Source: Trypethelium eluteriae (lineage: Eukaryota). Taken from it: a stretch of 63,115 nt of DNA. A program made the position numbers and the translations under genes. Positions 1 through 9,197 of the stretch are shown here, in pieces. The notes beneath the pieces were generated by a model. It saw only the letters and a list, made by a program, of their open reading frames with translations, had not been told where the DNA came from and made no database searches. The DNA is taken from positions 1 to 63,115 of the forward strand of contig JAVECL010000069.1 of the NCBI GenBank assembly GCA_051942245.1, in the 5' to 3' direction. Numbering within the stretch: the stretch's first letter is position 1; every line of letters begins with the position of its first letter.

Positions 1-1233
1 GTGAGTCAGGAGAAGGCGCCGAATGCGAGCTGGCGGTGTGAGTATGAGGTGGGGAATTGCTCGTGGGCGCCGAATAGTAGCTTGACAGGGCAAGGAGGAG
101 AGTGGGTAGGGGTTAGTGGAGGGAGAGGCATTTGGGGGGTGAAATTATGAGGGGAGAGATGAGATATGGACAGATTCTGCTATCATCTTATGTGCGCGTG
201 TATTCGCAGCAATGAAGATATAACTGGTCTTCGTGGAGGGAGGGAGGCTAAGGGACGAGGTCGGCAGAAGGCTGGCAGCTGCGGAGCCGAGTGAGGAGGT
301 CAGGATGCAAAGACTATATGGGCAGACTGATACCTCTTGAAAGGCTTACGAGCAGGATGAGTACTGTCTTCCCTTTCTCTCAGCATTTCATGAAAACCGG
401 CGGCATTTGCAAAAGCGCGGCGTTTGGGGACTTGGAGCTATATTCTGACTTACGAGGACAATTTTGAACCTATCATATCACGCTTCGTGATGCACTCTGG
501 AGTGTGCAGCAATCACATTGTGACTATTGGTCTTATTTCGGGGAATCCATCGTGTATTGGTTACGTTGTTGGTCTGTGCGACTGCTGCTGGTTTTACCCT
601 GCTCATATCAGAGGCTAGAAACATGATTTATATATCGAAACAGCTCAACCAATCTCGAATTTGTATGCTTCTCAACGCCTCCGAAACTGCCTATCAGGGG
701 TTTCTTCAGATACATGGGATGCTTGACGACAAGAAACGCTGGCCCTAAAATTGGAGCTTTTGATGCCATTGCTGCGTCGCTGCTGAGAATCTTTTGCTAG
801 TAGACTGTTTTATGTAGAAGGAAGCTGACCACAGGAAGCTGCAGAATCTCTAAGTTCCGGAAGCGAGGAGGGTAAGCTTCCCGTAAGTACGAATCGGATC
901 ACCGCACTTGAGAGATGCCAGCAATGATTCCACATTGAGACGTGAGTCGTGACATCTCTTTCTAGAACCTCACCCTCATGCCCTTAGTCGACTGTCTACC
1001 AAATGGCCCGGCAACTCTGAATTACATCAGCAGTCTCCTCCAGGTGTATGTCCTAACGCAGACGGAGACAAAATAGATTGACTCGATCCTCTGGATGACA
1101 TTGGGAGAGAGTGCGTTAGCATCTGGACAACGATTGTCGTACTAGCGACAAGCTTCTCCTCGGACTTGCAATAACTTGCACATCACAGGATAGATCACCT
1201 CCAGTGTCAGTTGGCATTGAGTAAAGGAATAGG

Positions 1234-1467
1234 TCAAAACCCTGCAGCCTTAATGACTATGAAATCTACCAGGACGATTGAACGTTCGCCACCCTGGAAA
1301 GAGTCGAACTTGGCAAGAAGCAATTCGGACATGTCGTAGTGCGGGAACTGGGTTTGCAGCCAATGCCGAGCTCGACAGTACAGACGGTACTGAGCCTCAT
1401 ATGGGGCAAGGATAGCTATATTCTTTGGCTCAAAATTGTCCTTGAGGAGGCGATCCCAGAACCGCAC
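1234..1467 (-). pseudogene. Fragment of a Upf1/DNA2/NAM7-like superfamily-1 helicase C-terminal (AAA_12-type) domain
   Basis: Translation contains IAILAPYEAQ (cf. IGIITPYxAQ) and KFDSFQGGERSIVLVDF (cf. VDSFQGxExDxVI), then AAGF and a stop. Motif VI (RxNVAxTRA) and the N-terminal ATPase lobe are not found, and flanking frames carry stops. Confidence 0.7.
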
Positions 1468-2389
1468 CCTGAGCCAGCATTACCGGACGCCATGCCACAA
1501 GCGGCGTTCGCGTGCTACATGGACGACGACGTTGGCGGTGCCGAGTCATTCGATGATCTTTTTGACTTCCTCCACAACCACTACTTTCCACGAATTGCTT
1601 CTGATCTTTGGACTCAAGTTCTGTTCAATGGTCTCATCTGCGTGGTTCAACGGAATAGCTCTGATCTGCTACAACGAGCCAGACTCTCAGACGCTCGATT
1701 CCCAGTTGATACCCAGCACGATGACAACCCAATGCCCCAGACACAAGAGAGAGATAGAACAACAGGGCTTCGCTTCCGAGTGGTGGGTACCAGATGTGAG
1801 AGCACGAAGTGGGCGAGCAAGAAGTGGAGAGAAGGATGGTTGGTCTAGCTAGCGTGCAGGATGGGCTATATAGGTGCACAGGGTAGCTTCCGTCTCGTGC
1901 CTGCTAGCGCCTGCCCTCACCGAGTTCCAAGGTTATCCACACGACATTTTTTCAATGTCGAAGTTGAGCTTGGTCCACTGCTTGAGTTCTAGTGCTTTGG
2001 CTCGTATTAGCGTGTCAGCAAGGACTTATACCACCATCTTGGGGAACTCTTTTCTGCCACAACTTTTGAATTACTATCGAAGGTACCGTCGGCCTTCTTG
2101 TCCTGAAAATTCGCGCGGGGGTTGTACTTATATGGTTCGTCGTTTGTTCTGAACCGAGTCGGATCAATGCTGAAGTTGGAATGGGGTATGGGGTCCTCCT
2201 TAATAAAATCATTCCAGAATGTAGAATTCAGCCCGAGCTGCTCTCATGTACACTCCAAAAACGGATTGCTTGACGTAATGGCTCCACGTGCTGCAAAATG
2301 CCGTTCCCCTACAGTGGCCACCACTTTTAGCTTCTTTCATGATACCCCCATGCCGAAGTTACTTCTCAGTAACTTCCAAAATACGATTC

Positions 2390-2880
2390 ACGGCTTTCTG
2401 AATTTCTAGATGGAGCTTGTTCTTTTTCCTATTTTTGTTAGAAAGTCATTCAAATGTGCTTGAGCATAAAAAGTGAATATTCGCTTACCTTCTTGTACTC
2501 CTCCCATTTCAGGAGGCGTAAGGCGTCTTTGGCCTGCCAGTGGTATGTGTTACTGATCACAATTGTAATTATAGATTTCGTCGCGGTTATAAATCTTACC
2601 TTCTTCAACTTTTGTGCAGCCTGTTTAAAATGCGTGTTACTGGTTGTAATTAAAATAATTAGTTTTTTACAGCTTGTAAGTCTTACCTTTTCGGCTTTCG
2701 CTTTTCTCTAAAAATAAACATCAGCTTAAAATACCAACATTGCGTTTGTAATGGCTTACCTTCTCCACCTGCTTTTGCAGGCGCTCGATCTTTTTAGATG
2801 TCAGGAGATATGTACTGTCGGAGGTCGCGACCTGTTTTGTCCTCCTCGTTATGATTCAAGGTGTCGCCTGAGCCTGTCAG
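2390..2880 (-). pseudogene. Decayed gene with a micro-exon array encoding a Lys/Glu-rich coiled coil
   Basis: Four AAG|GTAAG donors on the minus strand with matching YAG acceptors. Introns are 2708-2759, 2621-2686, 2534-2599 and 2429-2488. Exons are 2687-2707 (RKAKAEK), 2600-2620 (AAQKLKK) and 2489-2533 (AKDALRLLKWEEYKK), all phase 0. Flanking exons contain stops or frameshifts. Confidence 0.7.
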
Positions 2881-2977
2881 AAGCGTAGAAGCAGCCTAGA
2901 GAGCGAACTTGGAAGCGAAGAGTGAGACGATTGGGAGAGGAAAATAGCGTGCTATGCCTGTAACCCTTCTTCGTCGA

Positions 2978-3409
2978 CTAGATCTGGTATTTGCGCATGA
3001 CCTGAGCCAGCGTCTGTTCCCTATCCGCGCTTCTTGTAACCATATCGTTGTATTGGTTCAGCGTCTCGAAAAGGGCGAATATATGTTTACTCATCGTGAA
3101 AGTATGCCCGTGGTTTGGATCCGTGTGTTCGACCGTGGCGAGACTGGTAAAGAACTGATATAGGCTGATGGAATGCCGATTTGATTGTGCCGCTGCCATC
3201 GCATAATCGCCAACAGTCTCGAATGGACCACCCGGACTGGCCGCCTGACCCTGCTTACAGAGATCGAGAATATGCTGTTCACCCTTGGCAGACATGACAC
3301 AAGTGGTGAAGAAGCTGAAGGTATCTGTAGTATTTTGCGGAACCATCCTGATGACTTTATTGGTGTAGCCAGCCGTCTTATGGAGAGTATGGTCAAAGAT
3401 ACGCCTCAA
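2978..3409 (-). pseudogene. Truncated fragment of an unknown protein (copy X-A)
   Basis: 143-codon open frame without an ATG start. Its C-terminal HIFALFETL..TLAQVMRKYQI resembles the 3900-4170 fragment. Confidence 0.4.
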
Positions 3410-3424
3410 GGTGATGGTGACATC

Positions 3425-3694
3425 CTCCTCTCAATCGGGCGTCCACTGTATTGAACCGGGCATCCATTATATTCAATCGGGCATTTATCTGGGTGTTCAT
3501 CATACCAAATCGGTTGTCTATATGAGTGGTAATAGTGTTGATGAGGACTAGTAGCCCATGAATGCCGGGTATATTTGCAAGACGTTAAAATTGCCCAGCC
3601 AGCCCCTGAGCATGCTAACATATTGCCTAAAATCAGGCTGTGGCCCTGTTAGTAAAGCAGTGTTCTGATTTGCGGTCCCAGTAGCATCGGCCAT
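3425..3694 (-). pseudogene. Dead paralog of the Mug135/DUF1773-like gene at 4958-5545
   Basis: Reads MADATGTANQNTALLTGPQPDF, then a frameshift, then AIC*HAQGLAGQF*RLANIPGIHGLLVLINTITTHIDNRF. This aligns with TGPQPNFDAISEYAQGLVEQLQRFSNIPGIHGLQALANTITAHMDDKF. It has two in-frame stops and is truncated after the heptads. Confidence 0.85.
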
Positions 3695-3897
3695 AACTGT
3701 GAGGAGAAAGTGAGGTTGCTTGCGAAGAGAACAAACTGCCTTAATCACGACAGAAAGATGGACAATAGCACTTGTGATGTCGTGGTGGTGTGTGGTGGTT
3801 CTTTGTAATGAGTGCTCGCACCACGCTAAAATCGGAGAAAAGTTGTCTGTAGAAGCGGTGATGCAGGACTAGCTGGAAGGGGGCTGCACCGGGACAC
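3425..3897. repeat. Diverged direct duplication, copy A (copy B about 5280-5710), including upstream non-coding DNA
   Basis: Shared blocks such as aggctgtggccctgttagtaaag / aggctgtgggcctgttggtaaag, atgagtgctc, and gaagcggtgatgcaggactagctggaag / gaagcggcgatgcgggactagtcggaag. Confidence 0.85.
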
Positions 3898-3899
3898 GG

Positions 3900-4550
3900 A
3901 TGATGATTATGTTCTGGGCGTGTGGTAGCGATTTGGTATTTCTGAAAGAACGTACCCAGTGTACCATCCCCATCGCGAAGACTTTCAACCAGACTGATGA
4001 ACTTTTTATTAAGATCCAGCTGCGCCAGAAGACATTGGATGTGCAGAACGGTGTTTGAACTGGTCTCTATCGCTTCCGAGCGGGCGACGGCGAGAAGAAA
4101 GACTTTCAGCACGAGTACCGCTCCAATAGCCTGCTTGTTGGCCAGCACAACTGCTAGTGGTGCCAAAGCTCGGTGGAAACCATGGTATTTACGGCACCAC
4201 CAAGCGGTAGTTTATTCGGATTAATGGTGAGACTATCTCAAGACTCATGACCAAACGAATCCACCGGGCTAACGACACATGCAGGCAGCTTTCATTTAGT
4301 ATCCCCAGAGTACTCTTTGGAGGATCTCAGCCGAAGAAAACGGATCGAATATATCGAAAGAGTAATTCCTTAATGTCTGTCTGCGAACCTTGAATAGTAG
4401 CTCTGTATCTTGTGTCACAATCAGTTTCCTGGTGACGTTGCACATCTGTGTTCGAGGTCTCCCTATGCGTAGAAACATAGAGCTCTGATTGATTGGAATA
4501 TTGTCGGTTAGAGTTCCCAGAAGCCAAAAAGCTGGGAATCCATTTATCAA
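3900..4550 (-). pseudogene. Disrupted fragment of an unknown protein (copy X-B)
   Basis: Broken frames at 4296-4550 and 3900-4166. HIQCLLAQL..DGDGTLGTFFQKYQI resembles the X-A C-terminus. Confidence 0.35.
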
Positions 4551-4957
4551 AGTTGGTCGATCTATGCCGTAAGCTGACCCCTAGAAATAAGCTGTAGGGA
4601 GCCGAAGGGGTCGCCAGATGTAGGGATAAAGATAAGAGCTATGTGCCGCTGAATTGTAGTGTATCTGAGAGGGGAGTGTGTAGTCTGTAGGTATAAAAGA
4701 GGAGAGAGAAAGAAGCGAGGGGTAAGGTAGCTGGGCCATACCGCCATAAGCCTGAGTCTTGGTGATTTGGCTCTTCTTTTGGATCGAAAGTTTTGCTGCT
4801 TTTGGAAAAGCAATGCACCAATGATAATAGTTCCTAAAATGTAGAGAACTAAGATTATATTACACTTGGTGAGGTGAGACTGCCTTCTAATTTGAAACGT
4901 CTGCTTCGTCCAAAGACGAACCTCGCGTGGACGTACAAATGAAGTTGATACAGCTTT

Positions 4958-5545
4958 TTACGCCTTGAACACGCTTTGTCTAATTGGCGTTAAGCCAATT
5001 GCAGTCCTTAGATTCTGTTGTTGTTGTGCCACATCCCCAACAAGACTTGCTCCAAGCGCTGTCAATAATTGATTAAGCTCTTGACCGCGAAGCGAATCAA
5101 TATCAGTGGGCATCCTAGGAAAGTTTGGAATTTTGTTATTTGTGGTTGAATTGGTAAGAGGTGTTAATGCGTCATCAGGACTGTTTAGGTGGGAATTCTG
5201 GACGCGTGGAAGGCCATTTTGGTTGCTGTAATAATATTAGTATTTTTATTTAATATATTAAAGAATAACAAACATTGCATTTAATCGCGTATCTATTGCA
5301 TCAAATCGTTGAGAGAACTTGTTGTCCAATTGAGAGAACTTGTCGTCCAATTGAGAGAACTTGTCGTCCATGTGAGCGGTAATAGTGTTGGCAAGGGCTT
5401 GAAGCCCGTGGATACCAGGGATATTGCTAAAACGTTGTAATTGCTCAACTAACCCTTGAGCGTACTCAGATATTGCATCAAAGTTAGGCTGTGGGCCTGT
5501 TGGTAAAGAAGCCTCCTGGTCTGAGTTGCTAAGATCATCGGTCAT
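4958..5545 (-). CDS. 179-aa heptad-repeat coiled-coil protein with a Mug135/DUF1773-like C-terminal domain (2 exons)
   Basis: ATG at 5545 and an AT-rich intron at 5226-5273 (GTTTGT..TACTAAT..CAG). Exon 2 reads NQNGLPRVQNSHLNSPDDALTPLTNSTTNNKIPNFPRMPTDIDSLRGQELNQLLTALGASLVGDVAQQQQNLRTAIGLTPIRQSVFKA, with TAA at 4958-4960. The spliced length of 540 nt is open throughout. The family call is from memory of the NS..L.PL..P.FP..L..LL..LG..LR.AIG pattern. Confidence 0.75.
5310..5370. repeat. 21-bp tandem repeat x3 (encodes DDKFSQL heptads)
   Basis: tgagagaacttgtYgtccaat is repeated three times almost perfectly. Confidence 0.95.
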
Positions 5546-5756
5546 AGTTGTAAGAGGAAAATCAAGAAGCACTTAGAAAAACAGCGGTGAAAGTGTTTGG
5601 TGGTGGTGAAAGTGTTGGTGGTGGGGTTTTGTTATGAGTGCTCAGTTAACCGGGAGAAATCTGAAGCGGCGATGCGGGACTAGTCGGAAGTGAGCAGCAC
5701 ACCCGGACAGACATTAGGTACTCAGTAATCTTGAGCACGCGCTGAGCTGCTGTGAG

Positions 5757-6650
5757 CTCATCATCGATCAGTAATTATCCCCTCATGGTCTTCTTCGTTG
5801 GAGTCACCATAATCGTCATCCAATTTCCCTTCCGTCCCTTTACGAGCCTCAGCCATGGCCTTAACAAACATAGCATGAATGCACTTTCTACGTTCCTGTT
5901 CATCACGCACAGGACGATGATGTTGCTAGAAGCCAACAGGTTTGTACAACTGCCTAGCCTACTCGGTGCTCGCGACCACATGCCTGGATGAAGACCTCAA
6001 CACTGTGGTTGGGTTCGAGGATCACCAAATAATTTGCTCGATGGAGGTTGTAGCCGGTTGACAGCAGACCCAAAGTGGAAACGATTATGTCCAGTCTACC
6101 GGGTGCAGACCTCTTCCTCAACCCATACGGCCGCAATACTTTCTCCTCATTGAAATTCACCTGTATATTGTTACGTTCTTTCCCCGGATGTCCATTGACC
6201 AATAAAGGCAACCTTGATCTCTTGTTGTTTGACGATGTTGAGACTTGATAGGTAGAAAAAGGCTGTAACACCACAGACGGGAAACTCGCTACCACTGTTG
6301 CGATGTAGCAGTCAGCGCGCGATGCAGCAGCAGATGAAAGCAGTGAAGCGTAATGAGTGTGTGATGATGCAGCTATCTGAATCTGGGAAACTCCGACCTC
6401 CGATCGTACGGGGTTCAATCCGGCTGCAGCCTTAACAATGGTAGCTCGAGCTGAGTAAAGCATGTCCTCATGCGTGTGAAGTAATCTATTAATCCCCTTT
6501 CGTCTGTGTATACCTCATGCCATGTCCTATTCAGTTTCGTCCCGTCGTCGGGGTTTGTAGGCTCATACCAAGGGTGATCTCCATTCCTTTGGCGCTGGTC
6601 GATTATATCTACCACTGCTGGCCTCAGGCCCTGAGTAAGTTTCGAGGCAA
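5757..6650 (-). pseudogene. SNF2-family (SF2) helicase C-terminal domain remnant; weaker remnants may extend to about 7800
   Basis: LLVNGHPGKERNNIQVNFNE and DIIVSTLGLLSTGYNLHRANYLVILEP..IQACGREHRVG* match SNF2 motifs V and VI (GLNL..AN..I..EP.W..QAxxRxHRxGQ). The expected Gln of HRVGQ is a TAG at 5954-5956, and there are frameshifts on both sides. Confidence 0.8.
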
Positions 6651-7950
6651 TCTCGATCCTTCCCCCATGCTTTTTGATAGGATTACATCATGCCTGTCTT
6701 TGCCCGTCCAAAATGTTTGAGGCATAAGGCTTGGAGGTGGCCATAACATTCCTCAATTTGTGCACGACCTTGTTCTGTCTCAGCAGCTCTGCTTTGGGTT
6801 TGGGTGAGCTGCTGGATTTGTTCCTTGTAACGGGTAGGTGTATCGAGGCGATAAATCAATTTCTGGACCAACTCATCATGGTTCAGAAGATGGTCAGGAC
6901 GGTCGGGAACATTTGCAATGGCTGCCAAGACATCTTCGGAAGCACTTGGTAAAGCTCCGCTCATGGTTGGGACTTCAGCTTGAACGTCGTCCTAAGCCCC
7001 GCAACATTGGCCGTCCAGCTTCCTTCCCCAAAGTCATCCTTGGCATCAGCGAGACCAGGAGTACAACTTACTATCCGAGCATCTCAACTCGTTTAATAAG
7101 GCGGGTACCTTTGATGGCTGGTCACGGCGTTCTCCACCGCGTCTGCTAGTATCCTGTCCAGAGTTGTCGACTGAATCCTTGTGTCAGTATGAGCGTCCAG
7201 ATCCGAAGTATCGTCATGAATTGCTTGCGTACGGAAATGAGCGAGTACTCAAGCGATGCTCTGCCTGCAGTTTTGATATCGCCGATGGCTTTAGGAAGTT
7301 GCGAGGCGGGTGCCCGCTCGTTGGCATCGTTGCCGCACCAAATTTTGATATTGATAGCGTTTTCCCAACCAACACTAGGCTTTGCACCTATAGCCAGGCC
7401 AGCGACTTTTGTCCCGTAGCTCGAAACATTGTCGTCCACTATTTGTCAGCTTGAGAATAACAAGATATCTAAGATACTGTGTTAAAGTGGCTAGTACGCC
7501 CTTGGAAGGCTTGGAAAAAAAATGAATACCAGGATTAAGATTGTACATATCAACGTCATGACCAGGCGACGCAACAGAATCGACATTATACCTGTCTTTA
7601 TCAAATTTGGCATTGCTCTATTTAGTCCCAGATGTGATTATATAGGCAGGCTAGTAAAGGATTTGTACCTCTTTCACAATCCAGCATTTCTCGCGGTATT
7701 TCAAATGTTCCGTTTCATCGAAGATTCGTTAAGAGTTGGCGACGTAGCAAGGTTTTTAATATGTGGCTCTTGGCCTCTCACACCTCAATCCGATCGCTAA
7801 TTTGGTAGAATTGACTGAGGTTGCTCGAAAACTGGACTGTTGTGGATCCAGGACCTGTCCAGCTTGATTTCTCAGTAAAAGCCCCTGGATCAACTTGTCA
7901 GCAACAAACTAACAAGCCATAGATGGCAATTTAGATACCACTCGAAGAAC

Positions 7951-8290
7951 TCACCACTCAACCGTGAAAACACCATCTTCGTGCAGGCCCGGTCCATGAA
8001 GATCCCAAGCAGGACCCTCGGCTATATCGATGTCTCCGTAGCCGTATCGAGGACATGTGTCAATCACGGTAGCGTCGATTACCCGGCTGACACCCTCGTT
8101 TGCTCCGCCATCTCCGCCACCAACGTTCTTGAGCCATACGTGTTGTCCGCAGTGGGCTCTGGAGTCTTGTGATGGTGAGAGTGCAACGACGTAGTGGTCG
8201 TCGTTCGAAGGCCATCCACAGGAGCCAAGGTTGCCGCCAGGGTTGTAGTCGGTCGCCCTGCCAACATTATCACCAGAGGGTGGTGTCAGC
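7951..8290 (-). pseudogene. RlpA-like double-psi beta-barrel (expansin-related/loosenin/Asp f 7-like) gene, probably decayed
   Basis: Reads GRATDYNPGGNLGSCGW..VVALS..HCGQHVWLKN..IDATVIDTCPRYGYGDIDI..DGVFTVEW. The usual DxCPGC has become DTCPRY, and no clean signal-peptide exon was found. Confidence 0.7.
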
Positions 8291-9197
8291 AATAAATGAA
8301 GTGTCTTGCACAAGAATGTTTTGAGCCACGTGATACAACGGATCTTCGTGTGATAAGAAGCTACAGTAACAGATGGGCTATTTGGAAAACCACTTACGAC
8401 CAGCGACGAGAGAGGCCCTGCTGATCTGTTGGAATAGCAGTAGTCATGCAGAAGCATTCAAATAAGAACAAGACTGCAAGCATAAGGTTGAACATCTTCC
8501 TTTTTCTTATGTTCAAATTGTATTTGCAGTGTACGAAGAACCTTCTGTGAATTACTGGAATGTTTGAACTGCGAAGATGTGCGGATACTTATATTCCTAG
8601 TGGAGACAATAGACTGAAGGAGGGCAAAAAAAGTTAAATACGACAAGGAAATTTGTGTGCTGAATGTGCGCAGAAATTTCAATGTTACCGATACTCTGAG
8701 TCCAGTACAGTGGCTTCTCTATAGATCTGACCGGTTGACAATCATATTTGCCGGCTGTTTCTTGTGCTCACTCTGGTTCCATATTCCCACCAAAATATTA
8801 TCAGCGAGTGCTTGCATTTCAGGGTCATGACATCTGGAGCTTGCAATATCATTGGCGAAGTGGAACTAAGTACAACGGTACAGGTTTAGAAAGTCTGTGC
8901 TGTTGAGACGAAGGAATACTATTTTTGGAGGACAAGGTTTGAGGAACGAAGTTTGAGCTGGAAAGAAAATCCCGGTTTATGCATCCAAAGGCGCATGACA
9001 TAAGCAGGTTGCACAGGCATGCCACGTTCTTTGCCGGTCCCCTACCTGGGGCATTCATCATCTGCTCGCGATGCTCGTGTGACCATGACTTCCTTCAGTC
9101 TGCACCTTGTAGCCAACACAATGAGCTGATGAATGTGCGTGCAATCGTCCGCTTCCTTCATTCACCAAGAAAAGACAGCATACATACTAACCGCGTA

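Noticed and set aside
1..131. Short minus-strand ORF MPLPPLTPTHSPP.. at the window start
   Set aside because: Only about 41 codons with no recognisable motif, and the context is cut by the window edge.
700..1230. Search for a Helitron 3' end (hairpin + CTRR) or TIR/LTR bounding the fragment island
   Set aside because: CTAG sites exist (for example 797 and 962), but none has a convincing adjacent GC-rich hairpin. No terminal repeats were seen, so no mobile_element feature was called.
1339..1852. Plus-strand ORFs of 169 and 138 aa
   Set aside because: They are antisense to the helicase remnant, lack ATG starts and contain no motifs.
5310..5370. Short direct repeats resembling a CRISPR array
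   Set aside because: The units are contiguous with no spacers, lie in a coding frame, and the genome is eukaryotic.
8979..9197. N-terminal 73 codons of the 577-aa ORF
   Set aside because: Probably UTR or intron (GTGCGT..TACTAAC..CAG at about 9135-9211), so the true start is likely 9198 or 9288.
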